NCBI GenBank assembly: GCA_964384945.1
Contig: CAYLMK010000005.1
Span: 99,549-163,548, forward strand
Length of the DNA stretch: 64,000 nt
Direction of reading: 5' to 3'
Source: an uncultured Thermodesulfobacteriota bacterium
GTDB lineage: Bacteria > Desulfobacterota > DSWW01
The translations under genes and the position numbers were made by a program. The notes under the pieces are model-generated. The model saw only the letters and a program-made list of their open reading frames with translations. It made no database searches and was not told the DNA's origin. Shown piece after piece: positions 1 to 9,095 of the stretch. Numbering within the stretch: position 1 is the stretch's first letter; each line of letters starts with the position of its first letter.

Positions 1-120
1 GGTTCATCAAAGAAGCCACCTCCGCCACCCAGACAACCGCACCCCCCAGCAGCACAAAGACGAGGAAGAAGGCGCCCCGGCGCAGCGGGGCACAACAAAC
101 TTGAACGCAGGGAGAAGGCG

Positions 121-525
121 ATGGGAAGCGCTCAGCCGAAAGCAAAGACCATCATGGAGCAGGCAATCGAGGAAAACGCCTGGGGTATCGCATCGGCCAT
201 CGATATTTACGACTGCGATCCCGAGAGCATCCGCAGTGCGGAAAAGATCAAGCAGTTCGTGGAGGAGCTCTGCGATCTGATCGACATGAGACGGTTCCAG
301 GACACGGTCGTCGTACACTTCGGGGAGGACGAGCGGGTGGCGGGTTTCTCCATGGTGCAGCTCATCGAGACCTCCCTCATCTCCGCCCATTTTGCGAATC
401 TCACGAACACCGTGTACCTCGACGTGTTCAGCTGCAAGCCCTATGATCCGGACCTGGTCGAGGCGTTCGCCAAGAGGTTCTTCTCCGGAAAGAGATGCAT
501 CACGCACGTCACCTTGAGGCGATGA
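121..525 (+). CDS. Pyruvoyl-dependent decarboxylase, S-adenosylmethionine decarboxylase (SpeH/class 1b) family
   Basis: 134 aa. N-terminal 'GIASAIDIYDCD' matches the SpeH 'GxHLIAELYGCD' region, and 'IETSLISAHF' sits where the self-cleavage site 'ESHISIHTWPE' is found. 'LDVFSCKPYD' matches 'VDVFTCG'. Size is typical of small bacterial/archaeal AdoMetDC/ArgDC proenzymes. The stop overlaps the next gene. Confidence 0.7.
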   Translation: MGSAQPKAKTIMEQAIEENAWGIASAIDIYDCDPESIRSAEKIKQFVEELCDLIDMRRFQDTVVVHFGEDERVAGFSMVQLIETSLISAHFANLTNTVYLDVFSCKPYDPDLVEAFAKRFFSGKRCITHVTLRR

Positions 526-527
526 TC

Positions 528-1532
528 ATGGCATCGATCCGCGTCGTTTCGGATCTGTCCGAGTGCAGGGAGCTGTGGGAACGATTCATGCCCTGCGAGT
601 CGATCGGGGACCTGTGGGAGGTGCGGGATTGCTTCCAGAGACACTTCCGGCACCGTCCCCATTTCGTCGTTTCGGAGCGGAGCGACGGCTCCTGCGATCT
701 GCTGCCCCTGAGCTGGATCGAGGAGAACGGCTCCTTCGGCTTTTTCCCGGGAGAGACCTGGCAGGGCAAGACGTGGCTGGAGCAGAACAAGATCGTCTGC
801 AACGGGAACGGGGGGCTTGCGGATCTCCTTTCCGCCTGCCCGTCCGCCTTCCATCTGCGTTACCTCTCCTCGATTCCGGGAAGGGCCGAAAGCGGGGAGT
901 CCATCGACGAGATCGGCTACCTGTTTCTTCCCCCGCGGTACGACTACGACATGTCGAACTACCTCGCGGAGTTCTCCCGCAAGTCGGCGAAGGGGATCCT
1001 CAAGGAAATCGCGGCCCTCGAGAGCCTCGGCGTTACGTACAGGCAGGACGAGATCGCCGATTTCGACATCATGGTTCGGCTCAACCTCGATCGGTTCGGA
1101 CCCCAGTCTTATTTTTACGACCCCCGTTTCCTGTCCGGTTTCCGGGACCTCGCCGGCTTTCTACGGGAAAAGGGATGGCTTCGGTTCACCACGGTTCTCA
1201 TCAACGGCGAGCCGGCCGCAATCGACATGGGATGCATGTTCCGCGGTGTGTACACCCTCCTGGCCGGCGGAACGAACCGCCGCTTCCCGGGAATTGCCAA
1301 GCTGATCAATTTCCATCACATGCGGAGGGCTTGCCAGGATCGGTCGGACCAGGTGGATTTTCTTTGCGGGGACTTCAACTGGAAGAAGCTATTCCACCTC
1401 ACCCCGAGGCCGCTCTTCCTGTTGACCAACCGCATGACGAAGTCTCCACAGGAAAGGCCTCCCGCCGGAGATGTTTCATGCTGTCACGACGCGTGCTGGT
1501 CGTGGGAACCACCGCGGATTACATCGACCTGA
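528..1532 (+). CDS. GNAT-fold acyl/peptidyl-transferase, FemAB/CelD/BioF2-like (Acetyltransf_6-like)
   Basis: 334 aa read from the ATG at 528, which has a GAGG RBS 8 nt upstream; ATGs at 495 and 522 are alternatives. The C-terminal half ('FLREKGWLRFTTVLINGEPAAIDMGCMFRGVYTLLAGGTN...FPGIAKLINFHHMRRA') resembles the FemAB/CelD-type GNAT domain. It overlaps the upstream gene stop and the downstream ATP-grasp start. Confidence 0.5.
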   Translation: MASIRVVSDLSECRELWERFMPCESIGDLWEVRDCFQRHFRHRPHFVVSERSDGSCDLLPLSWIEENGSFGFFPGETWQGKTWLEQNKIVCNGNGGLADLLSACPSAFHLRYLSSIPGRAESGESIDEIGYLFLPPRYDYDMSNYLAEFSRKSAKGILKEIAALESLGVTYRQDEIADFDIMVRLNLDRFGPQSYFYDPRFLSGFRDLAGFLREKGWLRFTTVLINGEPAAIDMGCMFRGVYTLLAGGTNRRFPGIAKLINFHHMRRACQDRSDQVDFLCGDFNWKKLFHLTPRPLFLLTNRMTKSPQERPPAGDVSCCHDACWSWEPPRITST

Positions 1533-2767
1533 TCCGCCGTCGCCATCCGGGCCGCGCGCTCTTTGTCACGGATCCGGCGGAGCGGGCCAGGGCGACGGAG
1601 GAAGCTCCGGCCGAGGCGGAGGAGGTTTTGTGCGACCTCACCGATTCCGCCGGCGCGGCGGACGCGCTGCGGGACCATGCGCACCGCCACGGTATCGTCG
1701 CGGACGGGGTGGCCTGCTTCGACTGTGAGTCCCTCGCCCTCGCATCCGATCTGGCCCAGGGGATGGGCCTTCCGTTTCCCTCTCCGCGGGCCGTGTCGGT
1801 GAGCAGGAACAAGTTCCTCTCGAAAAGCCTCTGGCGGGAATCGGGCGTACCCTGCCCGAAGGCGGCCGTCGCGAGGGAAGCTTCGGAGGTCTCCGCGTTC
1901 ATGGATCGATTGGGCGCCCCGGTCATCCTCAAGCCGCTCACCGGCTCCGGAAGCGAACTCGTATTCCGGTGCACGGACCGGGAGGAAGGCCGGTCCGCCT
2001 TCGAGACGATCCGGCGAGGCTTGAGCGAGCGAAACGGGAGCCGCATGTACAGACAGGCGCCCGCCTGCTTCGAGGGCCTGGATCCGCTCCGGGATGTGGT
2101 GTTGGAGCAAGCCGTTACCGGGCCCGAATACAGCTGCGACTTCCTGCTTGACAACGGGACTCTGGAGATCATCCGCACCGCAAGGAAGATCCCGCTGCCC
2201 GGCGGCCAGATCGGCATTGCGGCCGCCTATGTTCTGCCCGCCCCGCTGCCTGCGGCGGTCTCCGCGGAGGATTTCCGGGACCGGCTTCACCGCGCGGCAC
2301 GAGCCTTGGGGCTCGAAAGGGCCCTGTGCATGGTCGATTTCATCGTGCAGGAGAAAGAGGCCTATCTCCTGGAGCTCACCCCCAGGCCGGGCGGCGATTG
2401 CCTGCCCTGGCTCATCCGGCAGAGCAGCGGGCTGGACATGCTGGGGCTTGCCCTGGACTTTGCCGAAGGCAACGAGCCCCCCCTGCCCGACGAAGCGAGC
2501 TGGAACCCGCTTGTGGGCCTTCGCATGTTCGCGGAGACGGCCGGTGTCCTCGCGCGGATCGATGCCCGGGCGATCGAGAGCGACCCGAGGGTCCGGGAGG
2601 TCTTGATCAAGCGTCGGCCGGGTCACCGCGTGGCTCTTCCCCCGGAGGACTACGATTCCAGGCTGCTCGGACATGTCATCTTCAAGCCCTCGGGTGAAAC
2701 GACCCTCGAGGAGGAATGCGCCGAGCTGGCCGCCGGGATGGTCGTGGAGATGGAGGACCGGCCCTGA
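1478..2767 (+). CDS. ATP-grasp domain ligase (amide-bond forming)
   Basis: 429 aa. Starts 'MLSRRVLVVGTT' in the pre-ATP-grasp Rossmann-like region. The central part has ATP-grasp-type motifs ('LGAPVILKPLTGSGSELVF', 'LLELTPRPGGD'). The ATG at 1478 overlaps the end of the GNAT ORF. Confidence 0.7.
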   Translation: MLSRRVLVVGTTADYIDLIRRRHPGRALFVTDPAERARATEEAPAEAEEVLCDLTDSAGAADALRDHAHRHGIVADGVACFDCESLALASDLAQGMGLPFPSPRAVSVSRNKFLSKSLWRESGVPCPKAAVAREASEVSAFMDRLGAPVILKPLTGSGSELVFRCTDREEGRSAFETIRRGLSERNGSRMYRQAPACFEGLDPLRDVVLEQAVTGPEYSCDFLLDNGTLEIIRTARKIPLPGGQIGIAAAYVLPAPLPAAVSAEDFRDRLHRAARALGLERALCMVDFIVQEKEAYLLELTPRPGGDCLPWLIRQSSGLDMLGLALDFAEGNEPPLPDEASWNPLVGLRMFAETAGVLARIDARAIESDPRVREVLIKRRPGHRVALPPEDYDSRLLGHVIFKPSGETTLEEECAELAAGMVVEMEDRP

Positions 2768-4107
2768 TCGACTCCGAGGTGGTTCTCCGACAAGCCAGGG
2801 AACTGCTGGACCAGAGACCCACCCTTCCTCTCCTGGAGGAGGAGGTCCTTTCCGCCCGCGTGCGCGCCTTCCTGGAGCGGAAGGAGCTCTTCCTGGAGTG
2901 TCGCCGGAATCACGATACCCCCCTGTATCTGTTCGACGAAAAGGCCTTGTGCGATCGCGCCCGCCGCTTCACGGCTGCCTTTGAAAAGGAGATCCCTGGC
3001 TTCAAAGCCTTTTTTGCCATGAAAAGCAACAACCACCCGGCCGTGTCCAGACGTCTCGTTGAGCTGGGCCTCGGACTGGACGTCTCGAGCGGGCTCGAAC
3101 TCGAGGTCGCCCTGGGCACAGGCTGCCGCACGATCCTCTTCAGCGGCCCCGGCAAGACCCGAGCCGAGCTGGAGTTGGCATGCGCGAACAGGGAGCGGGT
3201 GACGGTCCTCATCGACAGTTTCGGCGAGTTCGCTCGTCTCGAGGGGATCGCCGGGAATCACGCCGCGCCTCTTCGGGCAGGGGTGCGCCTGACCACCGAT
3301 GAGACGGGATTGTGGCGCAAGTTCGGCATCCGGCTTGCCGACCTGGACCGGTTTATGGAAGAGGCGGCCCGATCGAGGCACCTAGTCCTCTGCGGCCTCC
3401 AGTTCCACACGAGCTGGAACCTCGAGCCCGGGGCGCAGGTATCGTTTCTCCGCCGCCTCGGGCGGCATCTGGCGTCCACGCGCCCGGAGCGCCGCCGCTC
3501 CATCGAATTTCTGGATATCGGGGGCGGGTTCTGGCCCCCCCTCGGGGAATGGCTTCATTTCCGCTCGACGCCCGCGGGGAGGCTTGCACAATCGGTTCAG
3601 CCCGGACTCGGGCCAAACGAGCACTGCAGGCTGCCCTCGGCGCCGATCGAGGCTTTTGCGGCCGAGATAGGCTCCTGCCTCAGGGAATCCGTCTTCCCGA
3701 ACGTCGGGTGCAGGGTGTATGCAGAGCCCGGGCGCTGGATCGTCGACGACGCCATGCATATCCTGTTGACCGTGGTTGACAAGAAGGCGGAGGATCTAGT
3801 GATCGCCGACGCAGGCACGAACATCGTCGGATGGGAGCGCTACGAGAGCGACTATGTTCCGGTGATCAACCTCTCGAAGCCTTCCCTTGTGGAGAGGCCC
3901 TGCATGCTCTTCGGCTCTCTCTGCACGCCGCACGATGTCTGGGGGTACGGATATTTCGGGGACGGGATCGAGCCCGGCGACACGTTGCTGGTCCCCGGAC
4001 AGGGGGCTTACACGTACAGTCTCAGGCAATCGTTTATCAAGCCTTTGGCGAAGGTGGTCTCCCTGGACCCGCCGGGCCTCGAGATCGACCCCGCTGCATG
4101 GAAATGA
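2716..4107 (+). CDS. PLP-dependent decarboxylase, fold-type III (Orn/DAP/Arg decarboxylase family; DapDC/CANSDC-like)
   Basis: Motif 'FFAMKSNN' corresponds to the PLP-lysine motif FAVKANxN, and 'EPGRWIV', 'GAYTYS' and 'CTPHD' are typical of diaminopimelate/carboxynorspermidine decarboxylases. The true start is probably a few dozen nt downstream (~2764-2800), just past the ATP-grasp stop at 2767. Confidence 0.7.
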   Translation: MRRAGRRDGRGDGGPALIDSEVVLRQARELLDQRPTLPLLEEEVLSARVRAFLERKELFLECRRNHDTPLYLFDEKALCDRARRFTAAFEKEIPGFKAFFAMKSNNHPAVSRRLVELGLGLDVSSGLELEVALGTGCRTILFSGPGKTRAELELACANRERVTVLIDSFGEFARLEGIAGNHAAPLRAGVRLTTDETGLWRKFGIRLADLDRFMEEAARSRHLVLCGLQFHTSWNLEPGAQVSFLRRLGRHLASTRPERRRSIEFLDIGGGFWPPLGEWLHFRSTPAGRLAQSVQPGLGPNEHCRLPSAPIEAFAAEIGSCLRESVFPNVGCRVYAEPGRWIVDDAMHILLTVVDKKAEDLVIADAGTNIVGWERYESDYVPVINLSKPSLVERPCMLFGSLCTPHDVWGYGYFGDGIEPGDTLLVPGQGAYTYSLRQSFIKPLAKVVSLDPPGLEIDPAAWK

Positions 4108-4112
4108 AATAA

Positions 4113-4150
4113 AACTTGACAAGGGCGTAACCCGCCGTTTATCAAAGTCT
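4113..4150 (+). promoter_or_regulatory. Candidate sigma-70 promoter upstream of PHP lipoprotein gene
   Basis: TTGACA-N17-TTATCA within an AT-richer island (aaatgaaataaaacTTGACAagggcgtaacccgccgtTTATCAaag), ~60 nt upstream of ATG 4204. Confidence 0.3.
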
Positions 4151-4203
4151 GGTAGATAAGCGGAATCGAGGATTCCTTCCGAAAGGCCCGGAAGCCAGGA
4201 GAG

Positions 4204-5460
4204 ATGGAGGAACGTGGAGACATGGGGCAGACCTCACTCGACAGACGGGCCGGGCTCGTCCGTCTGACCCTGCTGGCCTGGGCGGCGCTCCTCTGCGCCG
4301 GATGCAATCAGAAAGCGGCAATGCCCCTCGAGGGGGAATGGATCAAGGGAGACCTTCACTGCCACTCCACGCACAGCGACGGCGACAGCTCCGTGCAGGA
4401 GGTCATCGCGAGCGCGGAATCCAGGGGCCTGGACTACTTCGTCATCACCGACCACGACGGAAACATGGAGGGCATCCCAACACAGTGGTACGACCCGGAC
4501 TATCGCTCCGACGGGATGGTCATGCTCTACGGCGTGGAATGGACCACCGGACTCGGCCACGCGAACGTGTGGGCTTCCGAGCCCTTCGACTATGGAGACC
4601 TCTGGCTCGCCAACCGGGCGGAAGACGCGCAGACGGCCGTCGAGGCGGCCCATGCCGAGGGCGCCCTGTTTTCCGTCAATCATCCGAGCGCGAACCTCTG
4701 TTGCCCCTGGGAGTACGAGGAATACGAGGGCATCGACAGCATCGAGATCTGGAACGCCATGTATCTGCTGCCGAATTTCAACTTCATCTCGATCCGGAGC
4801 TTCTGGGACCGCCATCTCCTCGCCGGCCGGAGGATCCCGGGCGTGGGCGGCAGCGACACGCACCAGCTCAAGGGGTTCGAGTCGAACTTCCTGCGCCATG
4901 CCGAACCGACCACCTGGGTGTACGCCGAGGAGCGGACGGCCGAAGCCGTTCTCGCCGCCATCCGGGCCGGCCACGTGTCCGTGAGCGACCAGCCCGAGGG
5001 GCCCCGCATCGATTTCACGGCGGATACGGACGGCGACGAGGTGTTCGAGACCCTCATGGGCGACAATGTCGTCCTGCCGGAAGAGGCGGATGTCACGTTC
5101 AAGATCCGGATCGTGTCCGCGGACGGCGGGGAGGCGGCCGGGCCGGGCCTGGACCTCTCCTCGGAGCTGATCGCTGCTGACGAGGAGGAGGCGGACCTCG
5201 CTCCGGAGAGGCTCGCGTCCGCCTTGCTCCAAGACGGGCAGTATCTGGTAGTTCTGCGAAGGAACGGGGAACCTCACGGACTTTGGAAGGCCCTGGAGGA
5301 CACGGCCGAGATCGAGATCACCGAACGGATCGCCCCGGCCGAGCCGGCCTACTACCGAATCGAGCTGCTCGGAATGCCCCCGCCGGACTTCCTCAACACC
5401 CTGCTCCGGGGGTTCTTCAAGGCCGTCTCCAACCCGATCTACTTCAACTTCCCGGGCTGA
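4204..5460 (+). CDS. PHP-domain metal-dependent phosphoesterase lipoprotein
   Basis: The signal peptide carries a lipobox ('LLCAGCNQK'). The PHP motif 'GDLHCHSTHSDGD' and 'ITDHD' are present. The long C-terminal extension has no recognisable family. A putative sigma-70 promoter lies upstream (feature at 4113-4150). Confidence 0.6.
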   Translation: MEERGDMGQTSLDRRAGLVRLTLLAWAALLCAGCNQKAAMPLEGEWIKGDLHCHSTHSDGDSSVQEVIASAESRGLDYFVITDHDGNMEGIPTQWYDPDYRSDGMVMLYGVEWTTGLGHANVWASEPFDYGDLWLANRAEDAQTAVEAAHAEGALFSVNHPSANLCCPWEYEEYEGIDSIEIWNAMYLLPNFNFISIRSFWDRHLLAGRRIPGVGGSDTHQLKGFESNFLRHAEPTTWVYAEERTAEAVLAAIRAGHVSVSDQPEGPRIDFTADTDGDEVFETLMGDNVVLPEEADVTFKIRIVSADGGEAAGPGLDLSSELIAADEEEADLAPERLASALLQDGQYLVVLRRNGEPHGLWKALEDTAEIEITERIAPAEPAYYRIELLGMPPPDFLNTLLRGFFKAVSNPIYFNFPG

Positions 5461-5718
5461 AGCTGAAGAAAGAGAGCACACGCGAATATCCATCGTTGAC
5501 AGGCCCTTCGTCTATTCCCTATCCTGATGATATGACAATCGGTCCCGGAATGATCCCGTCGTGGCCGACCCGTTCGCGAAGGCCGCCGGGTGGACAGGTC
5601 CGGGCTCTACCTTCGCGGCATGAATGGCCGACCGGTCTGCTCCGCGGTCCGTTTGTGGGAAGGAGGCCACTAGAAGGACCTGGGGCCCGACCAACCCCCG
5701 AAAAGAAGGAGAGGCACA

Positions 5719-6891
5719 ATGGGAGATAGCAGGAAGGTCTACGGGTTCTACATCCCCACGGTGACCCTGATGGGGATCGGGTCGCATGAGAAGCTCCCGG
5801 ACCGGATCCGGATCCTCGGAGGCAAGCGACCCCTGATCGTGACAGACAAGGGCATCACCAGCGCCGGGCTGACCTCCAAGATCGTGGAGATCGTGAAGCG
5901 GGACGCCGGGGCCATCCCCGTGGTCTTCGACGATACCGTGCCCAACCCTACCGACAAGAACGTCCAGGACGGTCTGAATCTCTTCCAGAAGAGCCAATGT
6001 GACATGATCATCTCCCTGGGAGGGGGCAGTCCGCACGACTGCGGCAAGGGAATCGGGATCTTGGCAACCAACGGCGGAAGCATCCGGGACTACGAGGGAG
6101 TCGACAAATCGGGAAAGGCCATGCCCCCCTTTATCGCGGTGAACACCACCGCCGGCACGGCCAGCGAAATGACCCGCTTCTGCATCATCACGGACACGAG
6201 CCGCAAGGTGAAGATGGCCATCGTGGACTGGCGTGTCACACCCGACGTGGCCATCAACGACCCCCTGCTCATGGTCGGCATGCCGCCGTCCCTGACTGCG
6301 GCCACCGGAATGGACGCGCTCACGCATGCCGTGGAGGCGTACGTGTCCACCGACGCCACGCCGGTCACCGACGCCTGCGCCCTCAAAGCGATCCGGCTCA
6401 TCGCCACCAACCTCAGAGCTGCCGTGGCCTACGGAGAGGACCTGACGGCCCGGGACAACATGGCTTACGCCGAGTACCTGGCCGGCATGGCCTTCAACAA
6501 CGCGAGCCTCGGCCATGTCCATGCCATGGCGCATCAGCTCGGCGGCTTCTATGACCTGCCCCACGGAGTCTGCAACGCGATCCTCCTGCCCCATGTCCAG
6601 CGCTTCAACATGATCGCACGGCTCGACCGGTTCGTTGACATCGCCGAGGCCATGGGCGAACCGGTCCGGGATAGCAAGATCTCCACGCGCTCAGCAGCGG
6701 AACGGGCCCTGGAGGCCATCCGGGTCCTCTCCTCGGACGTTGGAATCCCCAAGGGCCTCGCCGAGCTCGGCGTGAAGGAGGAGGATCTGGAGCTGATGGC
6801 CGCCAATGCCCAGAAGGACGCGTGCGGATTCACGAATCCGCGCTCCCCCTCCCTTCGGGACGTGGTCGAGATCTACCGGAATGCGCTGTAG
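5719..6891 (+). CDS. Iron-containing (group III) alcohol dehydrogenase
   Basis: 390 aa. Carries the Fe-ADH signature 'GGGSPHDCGKGIG', NAD-binding 'TTAGTASEMTRF', and metal-binding His residues ('HAVEAYVS', 'HAMAHQLGGFYDLPHGVCNAI'). A strong RBS (GAAGGAGAGG) precedes the ATG. Confidence 0.9.
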   Translation: MGDSRKVYGFYIPTVTLMGIGSHEKLPDRIRILGGKRPLIVTDKGITSAGLTSKIVEIVKRDAGAIPVVFDDTVPNPTDKNVQDGLNLFQKSQCDMIISLGGGSPHDCGKGIGILATNGGSIRDYEGVDKSGKAMPPFIAVNTTAGTASEMTRFCIITDTSRKVKMAIVDWRVTPDVAINDPLLMVGMPPSLTAATGMDALTHAVEAYVSTDATPVTDACALKAIRLIATNLRAAVAYGEDLTARDNMAYAEYLAGMAFNNASLGHVHAMAHQLGGFYDLPHGVCNAILLPHVQRFNMIARLDRFVDIAEAMGEPVRDSKISTRSAAERALEAIRVLSSDVGIPKGLAELGVKEEDLELMAANAQKDACGFTNPRSPSLRDVVEIYRNAL

Positions 6892-7255
6892 CCAAGGGCC
6901 GGGCAGAACCCGATCGCGCTTGCAGGCATCTCGCCGGCCGCCCGAAAGGTCCCGACCGGTTCGACCGTCCGGGCGGTCCCATCAACCGGGCGGCCGGCGA
7001 TTCCCGGCAGCGCTTGACAAGACCTGGGCAGAGTGGTAGTGAATAGCGCCGAAATCCTGTTTCATCCATAACCACACAACCTCGATCCGCAAGAGCAGGG
7101 CCTCGAGAAGGACCACCGGAAGCCTACGAACACACCCACCCCCCGATCCTTGTCCCCTTTCCGACGCAAAAGCTCCTGTGCGCAACCTGCGGGACTGTCT
7201 CCGACAAACCGGGCAACACGGACCTGTGGGGAGAGAGAGAAAGCGTAGACCAACC

Positions 7256-8293
7256 ATGGCGGAAAGACTGAGATTTGCGGCAATCGGCTGCGGAAGGATC
7301 GGCGGACGAAGGATGAAGGCGATCCGAAATCATCCCGAAACCGAGCTCGTCTGCCTTTCGGACAACGATCGGGAGGCGGCCAAGCGGTTCAGCCGTGAGA
7401 TGGATTGCGAGTTTCTCAAGGACTGGGAGGAGGCGGTCAGGAGGCCCGACGTGGACTGCGTCGTTGTCTCCGTGCCCAACAAGCTTCACCATCCGATCGC
7501 CGTTGCGGCCTTGAATCTGGGAAAGCATGTGTGGTGCGAGAAGCCCCTCGCCCGGAACCCGCAGGAGGCCCTCGGAATCGCCCGGGCCGCAGCGAACGCG
7601 GAGGGCTTCCTGAAGGTGGGGTCCAACCTGCGGTATTTCCCGAACATCCTCAAGGCAAAGGAGCTTCTGGACAGCTCCGCCGTGGGCGAGGTGCTCTTCC
7701 TCAGGGGATGGGTGGGGAATTCGGGTTGGCCGGTGAAGATGTGGTTTTCGGATGCCGACATGTCGGGGGGCGGCACATTCTTGGACAACGGATGCCATCT
7801 GATGGATATCGTTCGATGGTTCATCGGAGAGCCCAGGGCCTGTGTCGGCCATGTATCCACCCTGCACTGGCCGATCAGCCCCGTGGAGGACAACGGCATG
7901 GGCATCTTCACCTTCGACGGGAAGAAGCAGGCCTTTGTGCACGCCTCCTGGACCGAGTGGGCCGAGTACATGTACCTCGAGGTGTATGGAAGTACGGGTT
8001 ACATTCGTGTCGACAACCGCGGAAAGACCTGCACCACCACCTGCGGGAGCCAGGATGGGAGGCAGGAGGTCTTCGACTACAGCGAGGTGCCGGCCCGCTC
8101 GCACGACCTCGAGTTCGATGATTTCGTCCGGTCGGTCCGGAACGCCACGCAGCCCCGGCCCGACGGATTCGACGGCTTGCGGGCCGTGCAGATGGCCTAC
8201 GCGGTGTACGAGTCTTCGCGATCCGGCAGGCGGGTGGAGGTCTGGGGTCGCAAGGAGGAAGAACTGCTGGAGCAGTTCAGCAGAAGGGAGTAG
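7256..8293 (+). CDS. Gfo/Idh/MocA family NAD(P)-dependent oxidoreductase (sugar-nucleotide dehydrogenase-like)
   Basis: Start 'MAERLRFAAIGCGRIGGRRM' carries a Rossmann 'GxGxxG'. 'EKPLA' is the Gfo/Idh/MocA motif. Length and layout are similar to WbpB-type 3-dehydrogenases. Confidence 0.75.
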   Translation: MAERLRFAAIGCGRIGGRRMKAIRNHPETELVCLSDNDREAAKRFSREMDCEFLKDWEEAVRRPDVDCVVVSVPNKLHHPIAVAALNLGKHVWCEKPLARNPQEALGIARAAANAEGFLKVGSNLRYFPNILKAKELLDSSAVGEVLFLRGWVGNSGWPVKMWFSDADMSGGGTFLDNGCHLMDIVRWFIGEPRACVGHVSTLHWPISPVEDNGMGIFTFDGKKQAFVHASWTEWAEYMYLEVYGSTGYIRVDNRGKTCTTTCGSQDGRQEVFDYSEVPARSHDLEFDDFVRSVRNATQPRPDGFDGLRAVQMAYAVYESSRSGRRVEVWGRKEEELLEQFSRRE

Positions 8294-8300
8294 CGCAGGC

Positions 8301-9071
8301 GTGCAACCGGCGGTGTTTCGGAATTACGGCGAATACTACGATACCTTTTACAGCGACAAGGCCTATGAAGAAGAATGTGATTTCGTCGACGAGATCCTCA
8401 AAAGGTACTCCCGAAGGCCTGTGAAGCGCCTGTTGGATGCCGGCTGCGGCACCGGAGGGCACGCGCTCCCGCTGGCCCGCAGAGGCTATGAGGTCACAGG
8501 GCTCGATGCGTCGGGCGTCATGATCCGGCAGGCGAGAGCAAAGGCCGAGAAGGCCCGGGTCTCGATCGCTTTCCATGTCCTGGATATCCGTGATTTCAGC
8601 CTGGGGCAGCCGTTCGACGCCTGCACGAGCCTGTTCGCCGTTTTCGGCTATCTCACCGAGACCGCCGACGTCCTGGCGGCCATGGGCTGTGTCCGGCGCC
8701 ACCTCGAGAGGGGTTCCGTATTCACCTTCGACTTCTGGAACGGCCTGGCCGTACTGAGAGAACTGCCTTCCGTCCGGGTGAAGGCTGTGGAAAAAGACGG
8801 CACGCGGGTCATCCGGACGGTGCACCCCGAACTGGACGCCTTTCACCATCTTTGCAGAAGCAACTACCACGTTCTCGTGACGCGGGGCGCATCCGTGGTC
8901 GACGAATTCAGGGAAACCCACACCGTGAGGTACTTCTTCCCGCAGGAGATCGCGCACTATCTGGAGGATGCCGGTTTCGAGCTATTGAGGCTCTGCCCCT
9001 TCCTGCGCCTGGACGGGACAGTGGATGAGAAAGAATGGAATGTGACCGCTGTCGCCAGGGTGAGAAAATGA
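8301..9071 (+). CDS. Class I SAM-dependent methyltransferase
   Basis: SAM-binding motif I 'LLDAGCGTGGHALPLA' plus 'YYDTFYSDKAYEEE'-type N-terminus. A GTG start at 8301 immediately follows the upstream stop; the exact start is uncertain. Confidence 0.7.
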   Translation: MQPAVFRNYGEYYDTFYSDKAYEEECDFVDEILKRYSRRPVKRLLDAGCGTGGHALPLARRGYEVTGLDASGVMIRQARAKAEKARVSIAFHVLDIRDFSLGQPFDACTSLFAVFGYLTETADVLAAMGCVRRHLERGSVFTFDFWNGLAVLRELPSVRVKAVEKDGTRVIRTVHPELDAFHHLCRSNYHVLVTRGASVVDEFRETHTVRYFFPQEIAHYLEDAGFELLRLCPFLRLDGTVDEKEWNVTAVARVRK

Positions 9072-9095
9072 GGGCGCCCTGGAGAGGAAAGAGAG

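Noticed and set aside
7-507. 166-aa minus-strand ORF at the window start
   Set aside because: It is antisense to the SpeH-like decarboxylase gene and has a Leu/Arg/Gly-rich composition with no recognisable domain.
1484-2674. 396-aa minus-strand ORF, and similar long antisense ORFs (4234-5493, 5512-6594, 7124-8104, 9174-10343, 10252-11196, 34893-36365, 36878-37855, 48836-50194, 50370-51677, 53227-54684, 56425-58782)
   Set aside because: Each is antisense to a gene with strong family signatures. Their compositions are biased to Arg/Pro/Gly/Ala, as expected when the third-position GC of the real frame is read in the other direction.
6935-6975. GGTTCGACC motif or possible terminator after the first Fe-ADH
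   Set aside because: The flanks do not form a stable stem with a U-tract and no tRNA cloverleaf can be drawn.
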